Positions 1 to 8,089 of a stretch of DNA of 29,445 nt are shown here, piece by piece; position 1 is the stretch's first letter; each line of letters opens with the position of its first letter. This DNA comes from a virus (taxonomy: Duplodnaviria > Caudoviricetes). The stretch is taken from IMG/VR virus record IMGVR_UViG_3300037483_001074, positions 1 to 29,445 of that record. One strand, given 5' to 3'. The translations under genes and the position numbers were made by a program. The notes below the pieces were generated by a model, which saw only the letters and a list, made by a program, of their open reading frames with translations, had not been told where the DNA came from and ran no database searches.

Positions 1-1133
1 TCGCGCGCCTCGCGCTCCTTGTAGAAGCAGGCGTCGCAGCCGCGAGCCGGGTGCATGGGCTTCCCGCACTTTGGGCACTCGGGCCGCTTCTTCCTCGCCT
101 TCGGAACGACCGGATCCTGGGGGAGAGTCCCGGCCGCAGGTGTCCCTGACTCCTGCGGAACGGGCCCAGGTTTGGCGGAGTCCGGCGCCCCGCGTCCGAA
201 CGCTTCGTCGACCGACCGCTCGATCTCCGCGGCCAGGGTGACATCCTCGGGCGCAAGCTCGGGCAGCTCTGGCTCCGGTTCCCTCGGGGTCTGGAAACGC
301 ACTCCGTCTGCCGTCTGTACAACCTCTGTGCGTAGGCTGACGACCGGCTCCGCCGGGCGGGGATTGGCTGCCTGCTGCGCCCCGCGGCGGAGCTCCTCGA
401 TCAGCGGGTCGGTCCTGCCCGGCGGGAGGCCGAGCGGGGCCTTCGCCTCGCCGCTCCCCGCCGACGCCGAGGCCGCGCGCGTCCGCTCCGTGCGGCGCCC
501 CTCGCTCGCATCGATGTCCTCGGCGACCCCCTCGATCGGGATGCCACCGAGCTCAGCCGCGAACGCGATGTCGAGCGCTCGAGCCCGCGCGCGCGATAGG
601 AGCATGTCCTTGAGGTAGGACTGGTACGTGCTGTCGTAGGACTTTCCGTACTGGTTCACGCGCTGTCCGAGGAGCTTTGCCGTGGCCGCGTCTTCGTAGG
701 TGAACTCCTTGACGGTCGGCTCCTGGCCCTTCCTCTTCGCGACCGCGCAGCCCTTGAGCGTCTCGCCCTCGCCCTCGGTCCACTCCTTGTAGCCGTCGAA
801 CGTCGGCTTCGACTGCACGACCGCGAGGGCCCCCTTCGACATCAGGGCGAGGCGCCCGGCCTGCGTGAAGTAGATGAGGTTCCAGGCGGCGAACGGCGGG
901 AGCCCAAGCTCGTCGCCTTTGCAGAGCACGGCGAAGGCTGCGTTCGGCGTCTTGATCTGGATTGGGAGGACCCCGGACTCGTGGATCTTCTGCGCGAACC
1001 ACGAAGCCCACCTGTACCAGCCGAGCGGGCGCTGGTTCGGGCCGAATGCGAGGTCTGCGTTCTTGAGGTTGAACTCCTCGGCCGGCGCTACGTCCTGCTG
1101 CCCTGACGGCAGCGCCTTCGGTACTTCACCCAC
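1..1133 (-). CDS. recT: RecT/Bet-like single-strand annealing protein with a C-terminal CxxC..CxxC zinc ribbon (3' end truncated by the window edge)
   Basis: Absent from the ORF track because it has no stop in the window. Manual translation from GTG 1133 (GGAGG at 1143-1139) gives MGEVPKALP...ESGVLPIQIKTPNAAFAVLCKGDELGLPPFAAWNLIYFTQAGRL...YQSYLKDMLLSRARARALDIAFAAELGG, matching the RecT/Bet pattern. It ends in CPKCGKPMHPARGCDAC and lies directly downstream of the RecE-like gene. Confidence 0.8.
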   Translation of the reverse strand, partial: MGEVPKALPSGQQDVAPAEEFNLKNADLAFGPNQRPLGWYRWASWFAQKIHESGVLPIQIKTPNAAFAVLCKGDELGLPPFAAWNLIYFTQAGRLALMSKGALAVVQSKPTFDGYKEWTEGEGETLKGCAVAKRKGQEPTVKEFTYEDAATAKLLGQRVNQYGKSYDSTYQSYLKDMLLSRARARALDIAFAAELGGIPIEGVAEDIDASEGRRTERTRAASASAGSGEAKAPLGLPPGRTDPLIEELRRGAQQAANPRPAEPVVSLRTEVVQTADGVRFQTPREPEPELPELAPEDVTLAAEIERSVDEAFGRGAPDSAKPGPVPQESGTPAAGTLPQDPVVPKARKKRPECPKCGKPMHPARGCDACFYKEREAR

Positions 1134-1177
1134 ACCCACCTCCCCACCAAAGTCACGGGGCCCGATCGGCTCGGTCT

Positions 1178-2125
1178 TCAGAGGGAAGCGCTGAACGCCT
1201 TCCCCATCCAGGCCGGAATCCCGGCTGTCTCGACCCCGCCGTCGTACCCGGGCCACTCGTCGCGCTCCTTGCAGAGCGCGTACTGCCGCAGGTGCTCGCG
1301 GAACTTCTGATACCCGTACTCGAGGGCCCCCGACTCGATCTCGAAGAGCCGGACGAGGTAGGGCTCGAACGTCTCGCACGCGAGCCACAGGAAGCGGCGA
1401 TCCCCCTCGGCCAGGGGGCGTAGCACGCGCCCGCCCTCGAGGTACATCGCAGCCTGCTCCGCGTAGTCGTAGTTGCCGATCGCGCGCTCCATGTTCCGGA
1501 GGCTCGCGACGTCGCTCATCGTCTTCACGTCGAGGAAGCACGACCAGCCGCCCAGGACGCCGGCGCGGTCGAGGCGCGACTTGCAGAGCACCTCGTGCTC
1601 CTCGTCGAGCCACACGAACACGAGCTCGGAGGCCCCCGGCCCGTAAAGGACCTCACGCGCCGAGGCATGCTGCGAGATGGAACGCAGGAGCCCAGCGCAC
1701 ACCGCCATCTGGTCGTACGTCAGGAGCTCCTTGCCCCGGTTCTCCGCCTCGAACTTCGCCCAGGCCGCCTTGCCCGCCGTGGTGCGGCGGTCGACCTTCG
1801 GGGCGACGACGAAGTTCTGGGCGAAGCGCTCCGGCTCGAGGACGGCGGCGTGCACGGCGTGGCCGAGCGCCTGCGCCGGCGTCGGGATGTCCTCCTTCAG
1901 GAGCCCGACGCGCGCGTGCGCCGCGGTGTCCTTGAAGAGGGACAGCACCGAGAAGTTGATGGCGTCGATCCGGGTGTACTCCTCGAAGGACATGTCCGTG
2001 TAGACGCCTGGCTCCTTCTTGAGCGGGCGCGAATCGGGGGGAGGGGAGTCGGGCCCTAGCGTCCCAGGTGCCTGCTCCCCTCCCCCCATCTCACTTTGGG
2101 GTATCTGGGCCTCGACGTCAGCCAC
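1178..2125 (-). CDS. recE: RecE/exonuclease VIII-like PD-(D/E)xK nuclease
   Basis: Motifs PGVYTDMSFEEY..IDAINFS, LGHAVHAAVLEP, KVDRRTTAGK, CKSRLD..FLDVKT and YDYAEQAAMYLEG are typical of phage ExoVIII-like nucleases. Paired with the RecT-like gene. Confidence 0.88.
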   Translation of the reverse strand: MADVEAQIPQSEMGGGEQAPGTLGPDSPPPDSRPLKKEPGVYTDMSFEEYTRIDAINFSVLSLFKDTAAHARVGLLKEDIPTPAQALGHAVHAAVLEPERFAQNFVVAPKVDRRTTAGKAAWAKFEAENRGKELLTYDQMAVCAGLLRSISQHASAREVLYGPGASELVFVWLDEEHEVLCKSRLDRAGVLGGWSCFLDVKTMSDVASLRNMERAIGNYDYAEQAAMYLEGGRVLRPLAEGDRRFLWLACETFEPYLVRLFEIESGALEYGYQKFREHLRQYALCKERDEWPGYDGGVETAGIPAWMGKAFSASL

Positions 2126-2417
2126 GGGCCGCCTTCTTCTCCAGCCGGGCGTCCGCGCGCTCCATCTTGGCGCGCTTCAGCGCTGCGGCCGCCTTGCGCT
2201 TCTTCGAGAGCGCGACGCGACGCCGCATCTCCACGCTCTTCTCGTGGGCGGTCCAGCCGGCCCACTGCGCGCTGCCGGCCCTGCCGGCGAGTTCGCGGCG
2301 CCCCTTGGGCCCGAGGAGCTTCATGCGGCGGCTGGCCATCGCGCTGGCCGCCGCACTGACGGCGGCGCGGGCGGCGTCTACCGGGGGAGGAGTGAGGGCG
2401 GGTTTGTCGTCTGCCAT
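2118..2417 (-). CDS. Small basic helical protein, possible nucleic-acid-binding regulator
   Basis: 99 aa, Ala/Arg/Lys-rich (KLLGPKGRRELAGRAGSAQW). Its stop overlaps the recE start, and it is the first gene after the predicted promoter. Confidence 0.7.
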   Translation of the reverse strand: MADDKPALTPPPVDAARAAVSAAASAMASRRMKLLGPKGRRELAGRAGSAQWAGWTAHEKSVEMRRRVALSKKRKAAAALKRAKMERADARLEKKAARG

Positions 2418-2453
2418 GGCTGGAATCTAGTCCAGCCTGCGCGGGATTGTCAA
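2418..2453 (-). promoter_or_regulatory. Sigma70-type promoter for a probably leaderless transcript, with an inverted repeat over the -10 element
   Basis: Minus strand reads TTGACA (2453-2448), 18-nt spacer, TAGATT (2429-2424), 6 nt, ATG (2417), with no SD. An inverted repeat GGCTGGA-N6-TCCAGCC spans 2418-2437. Confidence 0.7.
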
Positions 2454-2455
2454 GG

Positions 2456-2530
2456 TGGTGGCGGGGGGAGGAATCGAACCTCCGCGCTCCGGTGTATGAG
2501 GCAGGCGCTCTACCGCTGAGCTACCCCGCA
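2456..2530 (-). tRNA. tRNA with CAT anticodon (Met/fMet/Ile2 identity ambiguous), atypical or possibly degenerate
   Basis: TGCGGGG TA GCTC AGCGGTA GAGC G CCTGC CTCATAC ACCGG AGCGC GGAGG TTCGATT CCTCC CCCCGCC A CCA. The D and T arms are canonical and CCA is encoded. There is a 1:72 mismatch and two mismatches in the anticodon stem. Confidence 0.85.
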
Positions 2531-2550
2531 CCCGAGCACGTCGCGCGCGC

Positions 2551-2991
2551 TTACTCCTTGGGCGTGGCCGAGACCGGCCGGTCCGGCTGGGAGAACTTCC
2601 CCCATGCCGCGGCGAAGAACGCCCCGAAGATCGCCGACCACTCGCCGCCGGAGACCACGCTGTCGGCGAGCGCCACCTGGACGACGAGGTACGAGGCCCC
2701 GACCCCGTAGACCACAGCGAGGACGATGTTCTTGACCATAACGCCTCCCACTTGAAGCGGGGGCAATCCCCGCACGGCACTCTCGATGCGCCTGCGCGCC
2801 AAGGATACCGCGATCCTGGTCAGCAGCGAAGGCCTTGGCTCCTTCGCTTCCTTCTGTTCTTCCGGTCGCAGGCCGTGCTTCCCGATGGTGACGGCGAAGG
2901 CGGTCTCCCGGGCGCGCGCGAGCTCGACGCCATGGCGATACACGGCGTTGAACTCCCGGAGCCAGGCCTCGTCCCACTCCGCGCGCGTCAC
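2551..2991 (-). CDS. Putative holin (two C-terminal hydrophobic helices), with a possible second in-frame start at 2739
   Basis: GTG 2991 follows the fibre gene stop at 2997. The internal ATG 2739 has a GGAGG SD and gives a 62-aa MVKNIVLAVVYGVGASYLVVQVALAD..WSAIFGAFFAAAWGKF product. Located in the lysis region. Confidence 0.6.
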   Translation of the reverse strand: MTRAEWDEAWLREFNAVYRHGVELARARETAFAVTIGKHGLRPEEQKEAKEPRPSLLTRIAVSLARRRIESAVRGLPPLQVGGVMVKNIVLAVVYGVGASYLVVQVALADSVVSGGEWSAIFGAFFAAAWGKFSQPDRPVSATPKE

Positions 2992-2996
2992 GACAT

Positions 2997-4607
2997 TTAC
3001 GACCAGGTGCCCGTCTTGCTCACGACCATCCAGACCGCTCCGCTTCCGCCAGTGACCGCGATGAGATGGATCGTGTCTCCGATGGCGCTCGCCGCCCTCG
3101 ACGCCGCGTTCGTGCCGGCATCCTGGATCGTCTCTCCTGACGCAGCGTTGATCGTGACCGTCTGGGCCACCGTGAGCGCCACTCGGAACTGCGTCCCGAT
3201 CGTGGGGTTGTCCGGGAGGTTGATGATGGAGCCGTCCGCGTCTCCAGTGTTCGTATAGAGCTCGCCGCTCTCGTCTAGCGCCGGCGCCTTCGTGCCGGTG
3301 TTTGCCTCGACAGAAACCCCGGAGAGGAAATATCCGACCGTAGCGCCATCGTTTCCATTCGTCACCCGCACAACGCCGGCCGCGGCCCGCTCGAGTCCAG
3401 TGTCTGGGTTTTGGAGCGCGTCGGAAGAAGACGAGGTCCAGCCGAATTGACCGGAGGAGAGCATCCGGGTGAAATAGCAACACACTCCATCGTTTCCAAC
3501 GGCGAAGACCGTGTTTCCGGCACCGAACTTCAGCGCGAACCCGGAATCCGCAGTTTCCGCCGCAGTGAGCCCCATGATGTTCGTGCCGAGCGCGAAGAAC
3601 CCGAGAGCTGGCTGCGACGCGAAGGCTACCGCCGGGGCGGCCGACGACCCGTCCGCTACAAGGAGCGACCCGCTTCCCGTGCTCCCGTTCGTCACCTTCA
3701 CGACGGCCGCGGCCGACCGCGCGAGCCCGGTGTCGGAGGCAGAGGCGTCGATGTCACCTGACGACCAGGTACGCTGCACCCCAGAGTCAAGCTGCTCCTC
3801 CGCGGAGTTCAACTGCCAGACGCCGTCGCCGTTCAGCACTGTCTTCATGTAGCCGAGCGCGGGCTGCGTGAAGCCGGTATCCGGGTCTGCGCTGAACGCG
3901 ATACCAGGATTCGCAACCGTACCCACTAGCGCGAGGAACGGCAGCGTCGAGGTGACGGCCGTGGTCGAGACCGTTACGCGCGTCGTGCTGGCCGTCTCGA
4001 TCTGCGCCGAGCTGGGATTTGCGATGAAGCCGTCGAACACGCTGTCATGAAAAAAGAGCGCGTAGGCCTGCGTGCCGTCCGCCAGCAGCACCCCACGAGG
4101 CTGGGCGCCTGACGCCTGAACGCGGGCCGCCGTTCCATCAAGGCAAAGCCCGGCGGTTGTGGCTCCATCGAAGCTGTATGCCGGGTTCGTGCAGCCCACA
4201 GGTCCAATGGTCGGGATGGTGATAGTAAAGGCCGAGCCGAGCGTGAAGCCCTGTCCGGATTCGTTCGTGGCCTCGACCTCGTTATCTCGGACCACGAACG
4301 TCGTGAAGTTGCCGCTGGCGTCACTGAAACGCAGAAAGCCGGAACTGGAGCCAACAGTGACCTCCGAGAGTGGCACGGCAGTCCCGGACTGCATGGTGGC
4401 GCTGGTGCCGGCAGCGCTGCACACGCCTACCGTCGGCGCCCCCGTGAAAGAGTAGGCCGGGTCCGTGCAGCCCACCGGGCCGAGCACCGGAGCCGTGATC
4501 GTCCCGCCATCGAATGCGGTGCCACCCGTGCTGCCAGGCGGGCGCGTCGAGACCTGGGCCGAAGCCACCGTGGCGGCGAGCAGAACTGCAACCAGCGTTT
4601 TCAGCAT
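2997..4607 (-). CDS. Tail-fibre/adhesin-like beta-rich protein with an N-terminal Sec-type signal peptide
   Basis: Gly/Thr/Ala/Ser-rich. Contains repeats of the phage-fibre type (NPGIAFSADPDTG, PAYSF, DTGLxRxAAxVVxVTNG) and a C-terminal INLPDNPTIGTQFRV..TINAASGETI..GDTIHLIAV..WMVVS domain. N-terminus is MLKTLVAVLLAATVASA|Q. Confidence 0.7.
   Translation of the reverse strand: MLKTLVAVLLAATVASAQVSTRPPGSTGGTAFDGGTITAPVLGPVGCTDPAYSFTGAPTVGVCSAAGTSATMQSGTAVPLSEVTVGSSSGFLRFSDASGNFTTFVVRDNEVEATNESGQGFTLGSAFTITIPTIGPVGCTNPAYSFDGATTAGLCLDGTAARVQASGAQPRGVLLADGTQAYALFFHDSVFDGFIANPSSAQIETASTTRVTVSTTAVTSTLPFLALVGTVANPGIAFSADPDTGFTQPALGYMKTVLNGDGVWQLNSAEEQLDSGVQRTWSSGDIDASASDTGLARSAAAVVKVTNGSTGSGSLLVADGSSAAPAVAFASQPALGFFALGTNIMGLTAAETADSGFALKFGAGNTVFAVGNDGVCCYFTRMLSSGQFGWTSSSSDALQNPDTGLERAAAGVVRVTNGNDGATVGYFLSGVSVEANTGTKAPALDESGELYTNTGDADGSIINLPDNPTIGTQFRVALTVAQTVTINAASGETIQDAGTNAASRAASAIGDTIHLIAVTGGSGAVWMVVSKTGTWS
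4176..4481. repeat. Intragenic duplicated motif (about 30 bp, at 4176-4205 and 4452-4481) encoding GPVGCT[DN]PAY
   Basis: gtatgccgggttcgtgcagcccacaggtcc versus gtaggccgggtccgtgcagcccaccgggcc. Confidence 0.75.
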
Positions 4608-4616
4608 GGGATCCCC

Positions 4617-5384
4617 CTACCTGATCGCGACCTTGATTGTGACCTTCTCGAGGTTCGTCGTGGCGTCGGAAGCATCGGCGCCGGTGAAGGCGACCCCGAC
4701 CCGGCAGAGCGGGAAGGATGGGCCCTCGTCGACGACCGTGAGCCTGGCCGTGACGCCGGCCGTAGCGAACGAGCAGCGGTCCGTCGAGAGCGTCCCGCCG
4801 AGTCCGCAGTCGCTCGACTCGCCAGGGTAGAGCACAACCGGGTTCGCGCCGGCGCCGGCCGCCTTGCACTCCCACCGGACGACGAGCGCCGTCAGGTCGC
4901 CCTGGTCGTACTGGACCGTGAGCGCGACGCGCTGCGCCGCGGCCGAGGTGGAGAACCAGCCGTCGTTGTCGGTCGTGCCGCACAGGTGGTGGTAGAAGCC
5001 GAAGTTGTTCCCCGTGATGTTGATCGCAGTATCGACCGTGATCGAGGCCGCGCTCGCCTTCGCCGTGACGGCCACGACGGTCGTGGCGCTCGGGTTCGTC
5101 GCGGTCGGCGTTTGGATGATGAGCACGTCGCCCACCACGACGCCCGCAAACGGATTCGTGCCTGAGGTGACCTCGACCACCGTCGTGCTCGAGCCGGTCG
5201 TTTTGATCTGCGCAGCCACCGGAACCTGGGCCGCAAAGGGCCCCGGGCTCAGGGTGCAGTACGTCAACGTGGCGCTGTCGACGTCGTAGATCAGCGCGAG
5301 CGCGCCGTCCTTGGCGGCGCCCTGGGCGAACGCGCCCGAGGCAAGGAGCCCGAGCGCCAGCGTCAGCATGAACCTCTTCAGCAT
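4617..5384 (-). CDS. Beta-rich virion-like protein with an N-terminal Sec-type signal peptide
   Basis: N-terminus MLKRFMLTLALGLLASGAFA|Q. Thr/Val/Gly-rich segment TTVVEVTSGTNPFAGVVVGDVLII..ITVDTA resembles phage tail beta domains. Six Cys. Confidence 0.7.
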   Translation of the reverse strand: MLKRFMLTLALGLLASGAFAQGAAKDGALALIYDVDSATLTYCTLSPGPFAAQVPVAAQIKTTGSSTTVVEVTSGTNPFAGVVVGDVLIIQTPTATNPSATTVVAVTAKASAASITVDTAINITGNNFGFYHHLCGTTDNDGWFSTSAAAQRVALTVQYDQGDLTALVVRWECKAAGAGANPVVLYPGESSDCGLGGTLSTDRCSFATAGVTARLTVVDEGPSFPLCRVGVAFTGADASDATTNLEKVTIKVAIR

Positions 5385-5385
5385 C

Positions 5386-5871
5386 TCAAGCTCCCTTCGG
5401 AAACTGGTAGTGCATCGGGTCTATTCTACTGCCCTGGAATCTCCCGCCCCAGGTCCAACCGCACGCCTCGAAGATCTGGACGACCCCGGGGTGCATGTCG
5501 CCGGGCGTGCCCTGTTTGTTCGTCGCCTCGTTGAAGTCGAGCGCCGCGCCGAATGCGTGCATCGAGAGCTTCGAAGTCGAGCCCCGCTGCTGCCGCCAGG
5601 CGTAGCCACCGTCGTAGGTCTTCAGGTGCTGCCACAGACCCTCCTTGGCGAGCAGCTCGAAAACGTGCTGCGTCTCTGCGGCGATGAATGAGTGGACGCG
5701 GGCCCCCCGCGCGCGCACGGACAGATCCCACCCTAGCGGCAGCGGCACCGGGAACACGACCGAGGCCATGCGCGCCTCCCACAGCACCGAGATCGTCCCG
5801 TCGTCGCGCAGGTACTTCTTCGGGTCACCGAACGTCGCGACGATCTCGGCGTAGCCGTTCGGGGGCGTCAT
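5386..5871 (-). CDS. Endolysin, peptidase M15 family (zinc peptidoglycan peptidase)
   Basis: SMHAFGAALD (SxHxxGxAxD) and GWTWGGRF..DPMHYQ zinc-ligand motifs. No signal peptide. Confidence 0.92.
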   Translation of the reverse strand: MTPPNGYAEIVATFGDPKKYLRDDGTISVLWEARMASVVFPVPLPLGWDLSVRARGARVHSFIAAETQHVFELLAKEGLWQHLKTYDGGYAWRQQRGSTSKLSMHAFGAALDFNEATNKQGTPGDMHPGVVQIFEACGWTWGGRFQGSRIDPMHYQFPKGA

Positions 5872-6230
5872 CGGTCCGGCTCCTCTGACCGTTCACAGGC
5901 GGGGGCTTCGATCCCGGAGCGCACCTCGAGCCTGACGAACCTGCGCTCGAAGCAGATGTGGTCGCTGTTGCCGGCCCGAACGCGGGCGTAGTAGGACTTC
6001 TTGAACTTCTCGAAGTCAGCTTTCGTCTCGACGAGGTCCAGCTTCACCGCCTCGATCGCGGCCGACCCGTTCGCGTCGCTCACCTTCTGCGTCGCCATCG
6101 AGGCCCCGCCGCCCACGAGCGCGATGACCGCCCACGTCACGATCTTCTCGAGCAGCCCGCTCTTCGCGAGCTTCCTCATGATGACCGACGTCGAGGGGTC
6201 CAGCGGATCCGGCGCTCCCGACTCAGGCAT
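5868..6230 (-). CDS. Single-TM membrane protein with coiled coil (lysis-associated; holin- or spanin-like)
   Basis: Start reassigned to ATG 6230 (GGGGAGG SD). Hydrophobic stretch IVTWAVIALVGGGASMA. Its stop overlaps the endolysin start (ATGA). Confidence 0.65.
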   Translation of the reverse strand: MPESGAPDPLDPSTSVIMRKLAKSGLLEKIVTWAVIALVGGGASMATQKVSDANGSAAIEAVKLDLVETKADFEKFKKSYYARVRAGNSDHICFERRFVRLEVRSGIEAPACERSEEPDR

Positions 6231-6232
6231 CG

Positions 6233-6502
6233 TCAACCTCCCCCCGGATAGCGTCTGTCGCTCTTGCGCGTTCGCAGCTTCGGATTCCTCTGCACAGCCT
6301 GCAGGATACGCTTCTCCTCGCCGGCGATGTGGCCCTCGATCCCCTCGATCGTTTCCCCGAGGCGCTCGAGCCCTGACGTGAGCCCGTTCTCGACCTTCTC
6401 CTTCAGGCGCACGATCTCCTTCCCGTTGGCGACCGTCTCCTTGAGGTTCCACCCCAGGAGCGCTGTCCACCCGATCTTCACGAGGAGGTCGTAGTCGATC
6501 AT
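6233..6502 (-). CDS. Small protein with N-terminal hydrophobic segment and coiled coil (possibly lysis-associated)
   Basis: LLVKIGWTALLGW followed by a heptad-like region. ATGA overlap with the upstream gene. Confidence 0.65.
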   Translation of the reverse strand: MIDYDLLVKIGWTALLGWNLKETVANGKEIVRLKEKVENGLTSGLERLGETIEGIEGHIAGEEKRILQAVQRNPKLRTRKSDRRYPGGG

Positions 6503-6801
6503 GGATCGGTCACGTAGACGACAATCCCCTGGGCGGCGCCTCCGATCGTGACGAGGCTCAGCGCGGCGCCGGCGTCAGCCTCCACGTAGGGTAGCGCACT
6601 CGTCGGCCAGGTGATCGCGTCGTCCTTGAGCCCGCGGATGTCCCCGGTCAGGTTGGCGGCTCCAGTGAGGCGGAAACTCCCGGTAGCGGCCAGCGACAGC
6701 GAGAGCCCGAGGACCTTGTGCTTCTGGCCGGCGACAGCGGCGGCCACGATGACCGTTCCGGCGCCGCCCTGGGCGACGGGGAAATACTTCAAGAGCGCCA
6801 T
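6499..6801 (-). CDS. Hypothetical beta-rich virion protein
   Basis: 100 aa, GC3-biased codons, abuts both neighbours. Confidence 0.7.
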   Translation of the reverse strand: MALLKYFPVAQGGAGTVIVAAAVAGQKHKVLGLSLSLAATGSFRLTGAANLTGDIRGLKDDAITWPTSALPYVEADAGAALSLVTIGGAAQGIVVYVTDP

Positions 6802-6802
6802 C

Positions 6803-8089
6803 TTACCGGCTCTCCTTCCACGATATCGCCCCTGCAGCGTTCGCGACGCCGGTCATCGACGTTACGACCAGGCTGAACGCGCGCGGGTTGGCGCCGGCCA
6901 TGTCGAGGGTCGCTCTGAGCTTGTTGAGGAGCGGTGCCTGCACAATGGCGCCGGAGGCGACTCCGATTCCGGCGGCCACGTAACCGCTGTTCAACATGAT
7001 CCCAGCCGTGAACGCCCCGAGAGCCACGTCGGCGTGGACGCTGTACTCGACCGCGCTATGCGTGCCAGGGTCGACCCAGACCGGCGTCCCGGTGAAGGTC
7101 GGGTTGAAGACGATCTCCCACCGCGCGTTGTTTGTGGACACCAGCAGGTTGAAGGTCTGCGGCTCGATCGGGACGCGGTTCACCTTCGAAGCCGGACCGA
7201 AGACAGCCTTCGGCCGAACGCTGAGGATGGCACGCCGCGTCGTGACGGCAATCGCCGTTGTCCCGTTGTCGGCCGAGAAGAAGAGCCCGTACTCGTCCTG
7301 GTCGCCGTCCTCCGACATGACCGACGAGCACCCCTGCCGCAGCGTGTGCGAGGCGCCGGTGCCGGCAAGGTTCGTGAGCTCGAAGCGGATCGGCAGGCTC
7401 GCCGTCTCCATGTAGGGCCCGACGAGGATGTTCGCCGAGTTGAACTCGTGGACGTAGATGATGACGCCGCCGATCTTGAACCCGACGCGGACGCGCCCCT
7501 CGCTCAGCCACTGGAGGTCGACGACCATGAGCTGCGCCAGGGAGAGGTCCTGCGTAATGCCGCTCGGATTCGGCGCGGTCGCGGAGAGCGTGTCCAGGCT
7601 CCAGCTCGCCCTGACGACGCGGTTGTCGACCGCGACGCCGGAGACGAAGGTCCTGCGCACCAGGGCGACGTCCGTCGTGCCGTTCTGCTCGAGATAGATC
7701 CCGTTGTTGCCGTCGAAGTAGCCGGCACGCCACCGGACATCGGCGGCCGCGGCCCCGAACGTGAACGTCAGCGGGATCAGGTGGCTCTTCCACGGCCGAT
7801 AGTGGTGGTAGTCGCGCGTCTGCCGGAGCACGCTGTCCGTCGCGCCGGTGCCCACCGTGAGGGTCGCGCTCGAGTTGTTGGCGTCGTAGGTGACCGTCCC
7901 GCCGCCCACGAGCGTCTGGTCCCAGAAGAGCTCGGCGAGGTCCCACTCGAACGCCTGATCGAAGAGCGTGAGCGGCAGGCCCACACGCAGACGCCCGGAG
8001 GCGTCGAGCGCATCGGAGTCCCCGATGGTGACCTTCACGTTCCCCCGCGGGTCGTACTTCTTGAGGTCGGGGTAGTTGACGTGCGGCAT
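6803..8089 (-). CDS. Putative virion structural protein (lectin/beta-sandwich-like)
   Basis: 428 aa with DASGRLRVGLPLTLFD, DLQWLSEGRVRVGF and PYMETASLPIRFE motifs that I recall from uncharacterised phage structural proteins. Confidence 0.7.
   Translation of the reverse strand: MPHVNYPDLKKYDPRGNVKVTIGDSDALDASGRLRVGLPLTLFDQAFEWDLAELFWDQTLVGGGTVTYDANNSSATLTVGTGATDSVLRQTRDYHHYRPWKSHLIPLTFTFGAAAADVRWRAGYFDGNNGIYLEQNGTTDVALVRRTFVSGVAVDNRVVRASWSLDTLSATAPNPSGITQDLSLAQLMVVDLQWLSEGRVRVGFKIGGVIIYVHEFNSANILVGPYMETASLPIRFELTNLAGTGASHTLRQGCSSVMSEDGDQDEYGLFFSADNGTTAIAVTTRRAILSVRPKAVFGPASKVNRVPIEPQTFNLLVSTNNARWEIVFNPTFTGTPVWVDPGTHSAVEYSVHADVALGAFTAGIMLNSGYVAAGIGVASGAIVQAPLLNKLRATLDMAGANPRAFSLVVTSMTGVANAAGAISWKESR

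Noticed and set aside
553-1011. Minus-strand 152-aa ORF in the track
   Set aside because: Off-frame shadow of the RecT-like gene (1-1133).
2456-2530. tRNA as a prophage attachment site
   Set aside because: Phage genes lie on both sides, and there is no integrase or duplicated tRNA 3' end in the window.
2992-3483. 5' extension of the tracked 310-aa ORF 2551-3483
   Set aside because: Overlaps the fibre gene out of frame and reads as Arg/His-rich noise. The real start is at 2991 or 2739.
6231-6470. 5' extension of ORF 5868-6470
   Set aside because: Overlaps the 6233-6502 gene. ATG 6230 has a strong SD.
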